Below the pieces are notes generated by a model that searched no databases, was not told the DNA's origin, and saw only the letters and a program-made list of their open reading frames with translations. From NCBI RefSeq assembly GCF_009914755.1, contig NC_060928.1: DNA of 64,000 bases; one strand, 5' to 3'. Positions 25,840 to 40,011 of this stretch are shown one piece after another. Source of the DNA: the human T2T-CHM13v2.0 reference genome, Homo sapiens. Every line of letters starts with the position of its first letter. Within the stretch, counting starts at the first letter, position 1. Both the position numbers and the translations under genes were made by a program.

Positions 25840-26469
25840 TTCTCACAGCAGCCGTATAGACTAGACACAATCAGAAAATGTACAGATGGGAAAAACATTC
25901 TAAAAATTTGATTTCTTTGCTCACATTCGTAAGCCCCAAGTGAAGAGCCAGAATGCAAACTCAGGCCCAGTTGATGTCAATTATTTTTGTGTTTGTCATG
26001 TAGAAGAGCACTTCACAGCACGCGGTGTGCCTCTTTGGAAAGGAAAACCAGAGAGGAAGCATGAGTCTTGTTTTGAGTGTCCCACAGGGAAATGAATTTG
26101 AAACACTACAGTTCTGGGGTTTTACGGTTTCTAGAGTCCTTTTCTGTGACAGGGAAATCTTCATTTTTGTGCGAAGAAATATCCAGCCCTTATCAGCTGA
26201 TTTGGCTGAGATTTAGAAACTTTTCTTTATCTGTTTAAGATTGATGCAGAAACAGAGCAAATGTGAACAGGTGAGCAGCGTTGACCAGATGTTCCAGTGA
26301 GAGAGCTAGTGACAACAAAGGGAGGATAAAGCTGGTGTGGGTGCTGTACATAGTCCACTTGACAAATGTTTGTTGAGTGCCTGCCATTTTCTAGGCAATG
26401 TCTTAGGCACCAGAACACAACCCATGCAGCAGGGAACTTAGCCACAGTGTAAAAGGAGTAGAAGCTTTG

Positions 26470-26660
26470 GTGGTAGGCAAGTCCCAGCACAGTCACTAAC
26501 CAGCTAAGTGGCTTTTGGGCATATGACTTAGCCCCTCCAAGCCTCCATTTTCTCATCTCAGAGAGACATGATGAAGCCCAGCTCTGCGGGTCACTGTGAA
26601 GAATAATGTACATAAAATGCCTGGCCCATAGTAGACACACAATTAAACAGTAATAATAAC
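26470..26660 (+). mobile_element. MIR fragment
   Basis: gggcatatgacttagcccctccaagcctccattttctcatct…aatgtacataaaatgcctggcccatagtag. Confidence 0.55.
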
Positions 26661-26894
26661 CCTATTAATTGTTAAGGGTTTAATTCCTCTTAGAAAGTTC
26701 ATGCCCAGTTTCTTCACAGGGCAACACAATGCCAACTTCCTCTAAGTCCTTGCAAGTTTTCTACAGAATCTAGATGTTTCACCGTGTTTCCTGGAGGATG
26801 CTAAGTATCAGTGGATTCCCAGGATGTTAAATTCTACATTCCTGAACTCTACACACCTTCTACCCTCCTCTTTCCTCCCACATGGTATGGTTGA

Positions 26895-27452
26895 TGTGAT
26901 GGTTAATTCTGTTTGTCAACATGGCTGGGTCACAGGGTACTCAGATGTTTGGTCAAACGTTGTTCTTGATGTGCATGTGGGAGATTCTGAATGGAATACT
27001 ACACTGGAATTCATAGGCTGAGTAAAGCACATTGTCCTTCTTAATGGGTACAGGCCCTCAGCTAATTAGTTGAAGACCTGATTAGAACAAAAATCCTCAC
27101 CTTCCTAAGAGTATGAGGGAATTCCTTCTGACTGACTGCCTTGAGCTGGGACATGTTGTTTGCCTCCCTTCAGACTTGAACTGAAACACTGGCTCTTTCT
27201 GGGTCTTGACTCCACTGGCTTTCAGACTGGAACTTACACCATTGGGTTATCAGGCCATTAAACTTACACTGGAACTGCACCATAGGCTCCTCTAGTTTTC
27301 CATCTTGCCAACTACATATTTGGAACTTGTCACCATCTGTAATTGTGTGAGTCAATTCCTTATAATACACACACACACACACAGACACACACACACACAC
27401 ACACACACACATCCTACTAGTTCTGTCTTCCTGGAGAACTCCGACTTAAACA
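26895..27452 (+). mobile_element. MLT2 (ERVL) solo LTR with internal (CA)n at ~27367-27411
   Basis: Starts tgtgatggttaattctgtttgtcaac; ends ttctgtcttcctggagaactccgacttaaaca. Confidence 0.85.
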
Positions 27453-29002
27453 AATGAGGGTACTGAAAAACAGAGACGGAAGTTTCCCAAAGTTATGCTA
27501 GTGCCCAAGGAAGAAGAAAGGATAGTTCTTGGTTCTCAGTTCAGAGCTGCTTCTGTGTAATTCTTCCTGCTGCCTCGCATGATAAATACTACTTCATAAT
27601 TAAAGAGGAAAGGAAGCAGATTAGATATCTCCTTTACAAAACAACATGAAACCTAAATTTGGCAGCCATAACCCTACCAAAGACAGGCCCTGCGAATATC
27701 CAAGACAGGGAAGTGGCCTACCCTGTACTCAACACATACTGTGTACCCTGCATGCTCACCTATATCTCTTTTAATCCACACGAAAAATATACTCTTGTCC
27801 CCATTTTTAAATGAGGACATTGGAACTCAGAAGATAAGATAATCAAGGCCACAGACCTGGTAAGTTATAAGGGCCACTTCTGCCTGAATCCAGAGCTCAT
27901 ATTCTCTCCGTGATGACAAACTGACTCTTTAACACTGGGCCAAGGCATGGATAAGGCAGACTCCAAAGTTTCTTCCTCAAATTCCTAGAAGGAGAGAGCT
28001 TAAGAAGCCTGAGGATATATGAGACAGCTGGGTTCTGTGTATGACCCTGATTTGGAGCTCCCAGCTCCTGTCTGTCCCTCATTATCATTAGCCACATATG
28101 TCTGCAAGTTACACATGAGTCTGGGAAGATGCCGGGACCTGGCGAGCAATGCTTGTTTTATAGCCAAGCACATCTGCTTCCTGCAGCCTTCCAAACCCTT
28201 TAGCTACTGACTGCTGGGCTGGTGAATTATCTCCCTTCAGACCTGGGAGGGAGCTGCCTGCATCTCCTTTCCAGGGAAGAAAGATCTCTTCTCTCTCTCT
28301 CCCCCTACTTGTCGATCCCCTCCTTGTTTCTTCCTCTCTCCTTCTCTCCTTCCCTTTCCTCTTTTAGTTTAGACTTTGTTCTCATTTTATAAAGATAAAA
28401 ACCATAAACATGCTGTTTTGAATGCTTTTTGCTGAAACTTGTATACCAGGCTCATTTTATTCAAAAGTCCTATGTCTCTCTCTGACCTCCATGTTTTACC
28501 CTAAATTTGGTACCCACTTTCCTTTGCTGCTTTTTATTCCTGCAGAATTTTTACCAGATCCTAAGCACTAGTGTGTGTTCTGACTATGCTCTGTTGTTTG
28601 TCACACAAATAGGATTTCACTTTGAACATTGTTTTAATCTGATGAATGTCCAGGCGGTTTGTCATGCAAACAAGATCTAATTGGCAGAATATCTTTTTTC
28701 TTAGCCAATTCTGGTAAATTACCACATTCCCACAGTCACTCTAGTAACTTAGCCGTATTATGGTTCAGGATTTGGGGGAATTAAAAGCACTTAGATTATA
28801 ATCACTAAATTTGTATGCCATAACATTTTCACACACCCATATGAATATGTCTTTTTCATGGAATTTTAAATGATAAAAAATAGAAATCTGTGGGGGTATT
28901 TTTTATATATATACATATATATACACACATATATATACACATATATACACATACGTATATTTATATAAACAGATTCCATATATACAAAGTACATCTATGC
29001 AA

Positions 29003-29296
29003 TTTTTTTTTTTTTGAGACAGGGTCTTGTTTTGTCATGCAGGCTTGAGTACAGTGGTGCAATCATGGCTCAATGCAACCTCCGTCTTCCGGGCTCAAGG
29101 GGTCCTCCCTTCCAAGCCTCCCGAGTAGCTGGGACTACAGGTGCACACCACCAGGCCTGGCTAATTTTTGTATTTTTTGTAGAGATGGGTTTTTGCCATG
29201 TTGCCCAGATTTGTCTTGAACCCTTGGCTCAAGTGATCTGCCTGCCTTGGTCTCCCATAGTGCTGGGATTACAGGCATGAACCTCCGTGCCTGGCC
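29003..29296 (-). mobile_element. AluJ
   Basis: gagacagggtcttg, tttgtagagatggg and ggctcaagtgatc J diagnostics; preceded by a (TA/CA)n tract at ~28905-28965. Confidence 0.9.
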
Positions 29297-29829
29297 TATG
29301 CTCATTTTTCAGTGCTATGCACCTGCAAGTCCTTTTGTTCTTATTCATATTCATGAAAATAATAATATTTTTGTTTATAAAGAGCCAGGGAGAAAGAAAT
29401 TTAGTTCCTAGTGCCAGGTTTCCGATGCTGAGAGCAAGATCAATAGTAAAGGTCTGGGTTTTTTAGGATGCTCTTAGCCTGGATGATAAGGTTTAAGATG
29501 CTAAGATGTAACACCTTAACAGTCCCTGAACGGAGGTAATATATGGTCTAGAGGAGCAGTAGAAATAAAGACATGCTGAGGAAGCAGGAGATCAACTCAG
29601 GGGAGGAGAGGGGCACCTCATTATCTCAGGATAATTCATACAGGAAAAGGTTATTTAAAGGGAACCCACAAAAATGGAGATACCTATTTAGAAAAAATAG
29701 TAAAAGCAAGTTTGACTGAGAAAATGCATGATAAATCAAACTAACGATTATAAGTTTATCTTATCTTATTTAAAAATGTAAGTTGCAAATGCAATCATGA
29801 TCTAATTCTTAGAATAAGCAAAGAACGGA

Positions 29830-30243
29830 TCAAGCAGACTTTACTGTTTTGAAGGTGAGTAAATAATTTTTGTTATACACATATGAGATCAGGATAAAAT
29901 GTCCTTCATTTTCCAACATTACCTTAAGCATCACCTTAAAGAAAGTACTGTTTTCAAAAGTACTTAGTACTTCACCCATTTTTTGAAGGTCTCTTCTTAA
30001 TCTTTTAACAGTCACATTATGCTCCCTGGAGATACTTTTAGGTTATCTTTGTAGTTTGTCTCTTCCTCAATTATTGTCTGGTTTAACTCTTCCATCTTCT
30101 TATCAGTCAATGATTTTATGAGAACTGGGGCCTTCTCCAAGATCATTTTTATTACTTTCATCAATTTTATGAAAACTCTTGTAAAATTCTCAATTCTTTT
30201 ACAATTACTTTGTATTATATTCCTCAAGTTATAAATATCATCT
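29830..30243 (-). pseudogene. Candidate disabled coding exon of an unidentified gene
   Basis: Acceptor gtatctgttgtttag; two overlapping ORFs (30012-30260 and 29830-30015) joined by one frameshift give ~135 codons of charged, helical-looking protein; not recognisable as a repeat. Confidence 0.45.
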
Positions 30244-32175
30244 CTAAACAACAGATACATTTATAACACCTGGCAATCATTGACAGTCTAACCAATAAGA
30301 TCTTGATACAATAGGTCAGGAAACATGCTAATGTTAGAAGAAAGGTGTATGTGAGGAGTTACTCACTTCATATATGATTACTTCATTAATGAATTTTAAA
30401 AATTAATTTGACTTTTGGTTTCATAGAAATTGCATGACTGGGGAAACAAGTACAGGGAGAATTGAATAAAATATGACTTTTTTTGTCAAATATCATTTCT
30501 AAGAGTTACATTATAGACTGGAAGCAAGAGGGAGGTGTTCAAGATTCAGAGATACAGGAAATGGACCAGAAAGCAGAAAAACAGATAAATGGCTTATTCC
30601 GCATTGCCTGAATGACACTTAGACTTTCTGAAGTTTGTTCCTTCTGGGGGCTGATGTAGAGGTGACGGACATTTTGAGTTATAATAATGTGGTAGATCAA
30701 GTTCCTAGGGAAATGCAATAGGTAAAGATTAGTGACGCAGGCCCATCAGAAGCCTCAGCCCACCCTCTGGGGAGCGCTAAGACTGGATGATCCTTCAGCA
30801 TTGTCTCGAGTTAAGAATCAGAAATCCAAGTCTAGTTTCTATCCTTACATTGAGCAGTTATCAAGTGCAGACAGTCCAAGGAAGAGGATGTGAGTTTGGG
30901 CAGAAGCTGTATTTAGTGAAGGCAATCTCTATAGGATGCTGATGTGTGAGGCTATCCATTGGATTACCTCTCAGAGCTCAGGATAAAAATAATGATAATA
31001 AACATATTTATTGAAAGCTTACTATGCATACGTGTAGTCACTATTCAAGGTACTTTACCTGAAGTTTTCAAAAATTGTTATAGCAAACTTATAAGAAAGC
31101 TTCAATTATTATCCCTACTTTAAAGATGAAAAAAGTTGCAGTTTCATTAATAAGTGGAAGAACACTAATTTTACTGTTTATAGTCCAATGTTCTGTCCAT
31201 TCACCACCAATTATCAACCAGTCCTTCTTACCAAAGCCAACTACACAACCTACTCTTCTTCAAGTCACAAGTCTTCTAACATAGCATTGCCACTACCTTC
31301 CTTTTCTTTTATTAGGTATGCCTTTTACAGCACATTTCACTTTTATTATTTCTTATAAGGAAGAAATAACTATTGTCCCACATTACAGAGGAGAAGAATA
31401 AATATATATTCACTCATTTACTACATCAAAAAGTAGCTAATCAGCATTATTGTATTTTAGAAACGGTACAAGGTTGGGGGAAGTCAGTAATAAATAAGAC
31501 GACAGATGTTAGGTGACTTTCCCCTAAAGTCATAGACTTAGTAATGGGCAAAATCAGGGCTGACACCGGGACCATCTGATTCCAGAATCTTTGTCCTACA
31601 TGACCTGAATCTTGGGACTTTATTATAACCTTCTCTCGCCTGAATACAAAGGGAGAGAAAATGTTTCATACAAATTTCCTTAGGCCCCCCCATTCCTACA
31701 CTGAAGGCCCTAAAGGAGAGGTGACTCTCTCATCAACTTTCCTGACTTAATGCTTATCTTCTTACTTCAATGCTTAACACATTTCCACTTGATGCTTTTA
31801 ATGGCCAGCCAAAACAAACACAACAATCAAAGGCCAACTGAAAATTATCTTGTTTATAATCAGCCTAAAATACTATGATTTGGATTTTGGCTAGACAATT
31901 TCAGTGCAACACCTGCTCCCAGGCAGGAGAGCAGACCAAAATATCTTTAGTAGTTCTGTCCCACCCTGTGTGGGTGTTCTTTCCTTCAGAAAGTAAAGGA
32001 CTCACTGAAATGGAAAAAATCCCAAGGCTGAATATAGGTGATACAGGTTTATAAAGAACCTGAAGCAAGTTAATACAGAATTGCTATCTAAAGAATGGAT
32101 TTGCATGGGTAATTTCTGTTCAAGGGGATTCCCAAAAAGTGAGTGCTTTTCTTCTTTCCTTTTTGAGGTTTTTGG

Positions 32176-32209
<34 letters not shown>

Positions 32210-32657
32210 TTTGTGTAAGTTGTTCTACAAGTAGCTTCCTTAATCTCTGTGAATATATTTTAGTTATGACAGTGGTATAAATCTTTCTTCCTAAACCATC
32301 TGAGCTCAATATATAAAAAACTGTCAATACTTGCATAGCAAATGCAAGAATATAGACATCCTGGGTCGGGAAGAAAGGAAATAACCACTAATCCAATACA
32401 TTGTATAATTGTGATTCTATCACCATTTATGAATGCCTTGTTTTAATGCCTTATATCAATTCCTTTCATATACATCATATACATCTAAAATAATCATAGA
32501 AAGGATGAGTTCTACCATTTATTTTTATTGGGTTCCACTGTGTTCCAAAAGCTGTGCAAAGTATCTTATATACATTATTTGCTCTTTTCAATCTAAAATC
32601 AAGTCCATGTTGCTTAAGAACACTGAGATTTTAGAAGCAGAACCAGAATTCGAATAC

Positions 32658-32659
<2 letters not shown>

Positions 32660-32704
<45 letters not shown>
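32660..32704. repeat. (TG)n microsatellite, ~22 units
   Basis: Directly visible. Confidence 0.97.
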
Positions 32705-32705
<1 letters not shown>

Positions 32706-32723
32706 CTGAAGATTGCTATTTTC

Positions 32724-33019
32724 GGCTGGGCATAGTAACTCACGTCTGTAATCCAGCACTTTGGGAGGCCGAGGCAGGTGGATCGCCTGAGGTCTGGAGT
32801 TTGAGCCCAGCCCGGCCAACATGGAGAAACCCTGTCTCTAATAAAAATACAAAAAATTAGCCAGGCATGGTGGCAGACGCCTGTAATCCCAGCTACTTGG
32901 GAGGCCGAGGCAGAAGAATCACTTGAACCCTGGAGGCAGTGGCTTCAGTGAACTGAGATTGCGCCACTGCACTCCAACCTGGGCAACAAGAGCAAAACTC
33001 TGTCTCGAAAAAAAAAAAA
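32724..33019 (+). mobile_element. AluSq-like
   Basis: gggcaacaagagcaaaactc diagnostic; TSD aagattgctattttc at 32709-32723 and 33020-33034. Confidence 0.94.
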
Positions 33020-34259
33020 AAGATTGCTATTTTCCTTGATCACACTGGCTTTCCATAATCCTTGTAAGTATACAGATAGCTGAAGCATTACTATTAATAT
33101 ATGTGTCTTCATATATAGACCTTCTTGAGCCTGGAAGAGGGTTGTCAAAGACTCGTTGGCTTCTCAAACTCATACCATTACCAGGCATTGAACTTGGTTC
33201 TGTAAGAATGAAGGGGTAAAGCAAATATAGATTCTACCTGAAAGGGATTCATAATTCATAAGGAAATAGTAGTTTACCATTTACAGTGCTATAGTTGAGA
33301 TTGCTAAATGTCATCATCCCAACCACCTGGCGAGGCAGAAAATAGTACGAATTGATTAATCTATTTCGAAGTTCCAGTTTCTTCATCTCTAAAATGGATT
33401 TCCATTTGATATAGTATCTGATACAGGATTTCCAAGTGTTATAGTAAATTAAATAAGTTATTTCTTGACAATGTAATCTCATGCATATTTGCAAAAATTA
33501 TTATCGCGAAGTTAAAATTACAAAGAAAAGGTATAGCTGAAGTGCTAGTTGGGTTGAAGGAAAGTTAGGAAAGGAAAGGATGAAGGTACCATATAAAATT
33601 GTATTACATGTCTTCTATGTTTAAAACATTTATTCTGGCTTTGCAGAGAGAAAAAAGGCAAAGAGAAGTAAATTGTTTTGCTCAAGATTCCACAGTTAGT
33701 CAGTGATATAGCAAGGAATGAAATTCAAGCCTTTTAAATCCTCAATCCTGGGTTCATTCTACCACATCACATGTCTATCCCCAGAAAAGGGTATCTATTG
33801 GAAGAAGAGGTTATTTCTGAGACTCAGCAAGTATTGCAGTGTCAGCTCTTAGGATAAAGACTAAATTTCTCTTTTCTTTGTAAATGCGTGTCATCATGCA
33901 GATCGACGACAAGCACTAGTGAATATCAAGGGATTGGCATTCTGTAATTATAGAAGCTTTGGTCCTTTTTTGGTTCTGCTAATATTAACAATTGGATCAG
34001 ACTCTATGGAATAGAATAGAATTGATAGAATAGACTCTATAGAATAGAATATTTTCTCTAGACTAGAAAATAAAGACAACTCTCCTAGCAGAGATGCTAT
34101 ATATTTTCTTGCTGAATATAAACAAAGAAAAATCACTTTCATTCAGGAAATCAGTGTTTGCCAGACAAAAGCTTTAATACAAATCAAAGAATACGTTTAT
34201 TTATAGGTAAAAATTGAATGTTCACAAAAGTGAAGCATGGAAGTTGTAGTAGCCTCAAA

Positions 34260-34660
34260 TTCTACTTAATGGATATTTCTTTCTTGTTTTTGAGCCCATG
34301 GCATAACAGAACTTCTGATGCTTTTGCAATTAGGTGAGGCTGTGTGAATATTTCTAACCAGAAGATTGTGAGAAAATGTGATAAGAGACAAACTCTTAAT
34401 CACTAGATTGAGACTCTACAGTTCGCTCATTCTCTGTGGTATGTTTACTGCCAATGTTTGAGACAGTGGCTGCTCCATCAGGCCAGGTTTCTGAGTGGCA
34501 GAAAAAGCCACTTTTTAATGTGAAAATCCCCCACCTTTTCCCATCTCTCTGCTGACCTGCTTAGACATGTAACATGAATAAAAACTATGTGCTTGTTATT
34601 TTAAGCATTGAGATTGTAGAGCCATTTTTTCTTGCAATCTATCTTAATCTCCTAATATTA
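34260..34660 (+). mobile_element. Old MaLR (MLT1J/K-like) LTR
   Basis: agacagtggctgctccatcagg…gacatgtaacatgaataaaaact…ttttaagcattgagatt. Confidence 0.55.
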
Positions 34661-34740
34661 AAGTAGTCCTGGAATATACTCAGGGCAAATGTTGGTATTC
34701 TTTCCCACAGTCCTCTTTAACATCAGACTTTCTTGTGAAT

Positions 34741-35390
34741 TCTTTGTTTTTTAATTACACTTTTTCTGGGATACATGTGCAGAATGTGCAGGTTTGTTAT
34801 ATAGGTATACATGTGCCATGGTGGTTTGCTGCACCAAACAACCCGTCACCTACATTAGGTATTTCTCCTAATGCTACCCCTCCCCTAGCCTCCAACCCCC
34901 CAACAGGCCCTGGTGTGTGATGTTCCCTTCCCTGTGTCCATGCGTACTCATTATTCAACTCCCACTTATGAGTGAGAACATGCAGTGTTTGGTTTTCTGT
35001 TCCTGTGGTAGTTTGCTGAGAATGATGGTTTTCAGCTTCATCCATGTCCCTACAAAGGATATGAGCTCATCCTTTTTTATGACTGCATAGTATTCTATGG
35101 TGTATATGTGCCACATTTTCTTTATCCAATCTATCGTTGATGGGTATTTGGGTTGGTTCCAAGTCTTTGCTATTGTGAACAGCGCTGCAATAAACATACG
35201 TGTACATGTGTCTTTATAGTAGAATGATTTATAATCCTTTGGGTATATACCCAGTAATGAGATTGCTGGATCAAATGGTATTTCTGGTTCTAGATCATTG
35301 AGGAATTGCCACACTGTCTTCCACGATGGTTGAACTAATTTATATTCCCACCAACAGTGTAAAAGCATTCCTATTTCTCCACATTCTCTC
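34741..35390 (-). mobile_element. 5'-truncated L1PA (about L1PA8-10) 3' end
   Basis: ORF2 C-terminus LLHCWWEYKLVQP…HCMFSLISGS (34955-35368); 3'UTR tctgggatacatgtgcagaatgtgcagg. Confidence 0.92.
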
Positions 35391-35859
35391 TGCTTCTTGA
35401 ACTCTCAAATAGCAATCTTTGCAGCTGAAGAATAGCCTCTATTTTTTTCTTAGATAGACTTTATATCTATCTAACATCTTGGCTCATTAGGTGGGGAAGA
35501 CAAATAATTCAAAGCCATTTCCTGAAGTTTCTCTTTCCTTCACTTCTAAACACAGTCAGATTTCAAATTCTGCCTGTTGCATGTCATACATCACCCACTG
35601 GCACATCTTATTTTGTTCATCACATCAGACATTTCATTAATTTATGCATTAGTCATGACAGTACTCGCTAAATATTCTTTCTACCTGTAGTACCTCTGCT
35701 AATATTAGTCTCTTCACCAATGTAGTTGTGATGCAAAATTGGCAATTAGTATCAGATGGACTGTAGGATACACATATATATGTGCTTGTGTCTGGGTATG
35801 TTTATTTTATATATTTATTTCTCTGCAAATTCTTATACATTTTTATGTTAACTAACTAA

Positions 35860-36231
<372 letters not shown>

Positions 36232-37750
36232 TAATTCCATATGTAGGATCTCTCATGTGTCTAAGGTCACAATGAAGTATTTTATGTGTGCATGTATGAA
36301 AGACCTGAGGAGTTTCAGACAGATGATACAAGACTATTCAGATAGACTATTCAGATAATCTGGCATGTGAATAAAACTGAATAAAAATTCTGATACCCAG
36401 AATAAATGAACCTAGAAAACTGAAGACTATATAGGACTCTGCCTGCACAAGAGGCATTTCCACTTGAATTGATAATCTCTGCCTTTGAAAAGTGAACAAC
36501 TTCATTAGTTGTTCTGTGAAAAAAGGAAAAGAAGGAAAACATCTGAAAAAGTTTTCCCATAATGCACGGAAGTAACTAATTCTGTCTTATTTTTTATTCT
36601 GTATTATCAAACATTCCCTTGCCTGTGGTTTTCTAAAGCCATTACTGTTAGATACTTCATGTTCAAATATATGTTGATTACATTATGCTATGCAGTTAAC
36701 CTCAATTCATTGATTACTGTTCTATTGGGAAATTGTCTGAAAAAGAATTCTACTTGGTTTCAATGTAATGTGTCACAGTGAAAAAAACAGTCAGAATATC
36801 AGGACATAGAATCTCATGAAGTTTATCCTGCCTGACCATAGATAAAAGAATGCATGTCTGCTATTATATCCTGCTCAGTCTAGAAGTTAGTGGCTTAGAC
36901 ACTTCCAGAAGTGGGGCTCCAACTGCCTAAAATAGCAAGATACTTCCTTATTGGTGAGCTCTGATGATAGGGTTGGTGATAGCTCAAAGCCCATGGGCAT
37001 CAGTCAGTGGAATTACTACAAACTCCAGACTTACAGATATTGTTGAGTAACTTGTTTATTCTATATTGGGTTTTCCTTAGAAGCATAATAAATCATGATA
37101 CACTGATCTTACATTCACTTTTTGATATGTGTGAAAATAGACTACCAAATGATGGTTTTATATGATTTAAAACCAATCATTCAGAATTGAGAGGAATAGT
37201 TACTTAAAACAAAAACCATCTCCAAGCAATTCAACTTAAGAAAAAAATCAACATTCAAGAGAACATTATTTTTTGTCTCATAAATAAATACCTCATAAAT
37301 AGATACCTCATAAATAGAGAAAAAATTTTGTCATAAACAACTGCTAAGTCTATGCAAGTAAATCTCAAAAATATACTATCTGTGCATCAACTACATAGCT
37401 GTTAACAAAACAGAAGTAATATCAACTAGTTATTGAAAAGCTAGATTCAGAGCCCTTCTGAAAAATGAAATCCTGGGTTAATGACTCATATGAGAAGCAA
37501 TTCTTCAAAAAGAAGCCTTGGCAAGCTTCAGGATTTGAAAATAACTTTTCTTAGATCAAAGAGAGCAATACGCAAGACTAATGTTAAACTAAAAAAAAAA
37601 AAAAAAAAAAACCACATGCACAAAATAATCACTTGCCTAAAGCAAAATACCTGAATTTTTTCCTAATGTTATCTTTTCACTACCATTTATCTGCAGACAA
37701 TTTCAGACAGGCAATTTATTGGAATGCACAATCACATGTATAAATAGCTG

Positions 37751-37751
<1 letters not shown>

Positions 37752-37783
<32 letters not shown>

Positions 37784-37790
37784 ACACACA
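37752..37790. repeat. (CA)n microsatellite
   Basis: Directly visible. Confidence 0.95.
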
Positions 37791-40011
37791 TTTTGATTCT
37801 TCCTGTCTTGACTTTTTATTTTGACATATATTTTTTAAAAATTTATATTTATTATTATATGCCATATTTTATTGTATCCATTATTATAAACTTCTTCAAT
37901 TTAACCTTTTTAAAAATAATTTTGGTTTTCCTGTTCAATTTTTATGTACATGAACTCAGTCTTTTTGTGCATAGAATGTACACAGGCACACTTTTAAAAG
38001 GATATGTACATGTAGATTCAGCCCTCAATAATTTATAATAATTTTTCTTTATACTTTGAATGCCTTTTTATATCTTGGTATTCATTTCCTAATTTTTGCA
38101 CTTTTTCCTAACATCACTTGTAAATTATCAGTTATAAAAATGCTGGTTACAAATAGAAACCATCAGGAGACCTCAGACAGTAATTCCCTTTACTGGGCCA
38201 TATAGGCATCTTGAGACCAAAATCACTTTTTAAATAACCTGATTGTGTTTTTTGACTTAAGTTGAGCTTGAAATTTTTGAACACTTATTTTTCTTCATTC
38301 ACAAATAGAAATAGTGGTAATGCCGAGCTCATAATTTCACAATTTTAATCAGGTGGCTGAAAGACTAAACTTTCAAATATTGGTTATCATAATCATTGTT
38401 ACCATAATCCTCATTCTCTTGATACTCATCCACCAACTCCTTCTTGTCCTCTTCAGTATCATTTATACATCATTAGCTCCTTCGTTTTATTCAGGCTCTT
38501 GGTTACACACACACACACATGCACACACTCCCACTCACGCACACACAGAATAAACATGCTTTATCAAAGAAGCCTTTCCTAGTCATTGCAGCAAAGCATT
38601 TGTCATGCATGGAAGCTTACTGGCCTATTACTATTACTATGGTTTATTATTTTCATAATATTTTTTACTATCTAAAATTAGTTCATTAATTTATTTTTTT
38701 CCATTTACACTAAGATTTTGTACCACTCTTGACTAAAAATCTGGCTTTATGAAGGCAAGTACTTTTACTATTCTGTTCACTGTCACAGTGCCTAGAAAAG
38801 TTCTAGCAAATGTTTGCTGAGTGAATGTGTGCTGACTTGAAATCCATATCTTCTAATACCATGGTCCATGCTTTCTCCTAGTGTACAATATTCTATAATT
38901 GTCTGCTATAATTACATGGACTAAATAAGAACTATGACAGTGACATTATCAAAAATAAAATAAATAATTCTTGCTGGTACATTTCATGATAACTTTTTGA
39001 CTGGGTCTTTGAAAATGACCAGAGTTTTATCTAGGCAAAAACAAAAAACAAACAAACAAAAAACAAAAAAAGAGACATCCTGAGCAGAGAAAATAGCATC
39101 AGCAAAAACCTGGAAACATAAAAAGCATGGCATGTTTTTGTAACAGTAAGTGGACTACAATAGTTTTATGAGAGTAGTGAGTTATAAGAAGGAAAATATT
39201 AATCTTGGTAAAATAAATATGGAGTTTATCTTTATTGTAAAGAATGTAGCCCATATCCAATAGAGAGGTAATTTTATATATTTGGAAAGGCCTAGCAGAA
39301 AGCAATTTCAACAGAAACAGGACTTCAGTATGACCTCTAGCTTTTTTGACAGTTAATGATAATAGATGTTAAAAGCACATGAAGGAAAGAGACAATTTAT
39401 TGCTAATAACTCTCACATTAGTATCAGACACAGGATAAAGAAAGAAAGGTGGGGTCTCCTATATTTTCCCCCCAACACAATAAATTATAGATTTAAAAGG
39501 AATTATAATAGTCAAGAGTTTAATAAAACCATCATACTAATACAAATTAATAAGGTATATTTCAAAATATAAGTCATAATTTAATTCTCAAAAAGAAAAA
39601 TGCAACATTTAAAAAGTAAATATTTCTTTGTCAAAAAAAAAACTATTTTCATTGGTGATGTAACTTCAGTCTCGGCATGGTGAAAAGTTGTTTTTCTAAA
39701 ACACTAGCACAGTCCTTATGTCCTTGTCTTACAGATTGCTTATTCTATGTTACTTTGAAATTCTAACAATATTATATTTTGGTTCCTGTCTTGGTAATTT
39801 TGGATTTCATAATGATGCTCAAATAATGATCTTTTAAAAAATACTTGTTTCCCTCAATATTGTAGAGCTATATAGATATCACCAACAACCTCTACCCATT
39901 TTCTTTATTTAGAGTTTCCTCTCTTGCCTGCATTTATGATTTCCCCACGTATCTGGTTAGGAAAATCAGGGAGAAACTGGATGGACTAACTTCCCCAAGA
40001 TTAAGAAACGT

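Noticed and set aside
29851-29860. Isolated strong plus-strand donor GAAG|GTGAGT (similar ones at 10246 and 23306)
   Set aside because: No convincing paired acceptor and reading frame; such hexamers occur every few kb by chance, and are noted as a caveat to the minus-strand gene model.
33370-33494. Upstream part of ORF 33249-33494 as coding
   Set aside because: On the minus strand it resembles a MIR core (cattttagagatgaagaaactgg), so only the part after the 33326 acceptor was kept.
33999-34051. Micro-duplications (agactctat.gaatagaata x2; also agactattcagat x2 near 36332-36357 and aaacaattatga.gacagat x2 near 10939-10992)
   Set aside because: Ordinary slippage events with no further structure.
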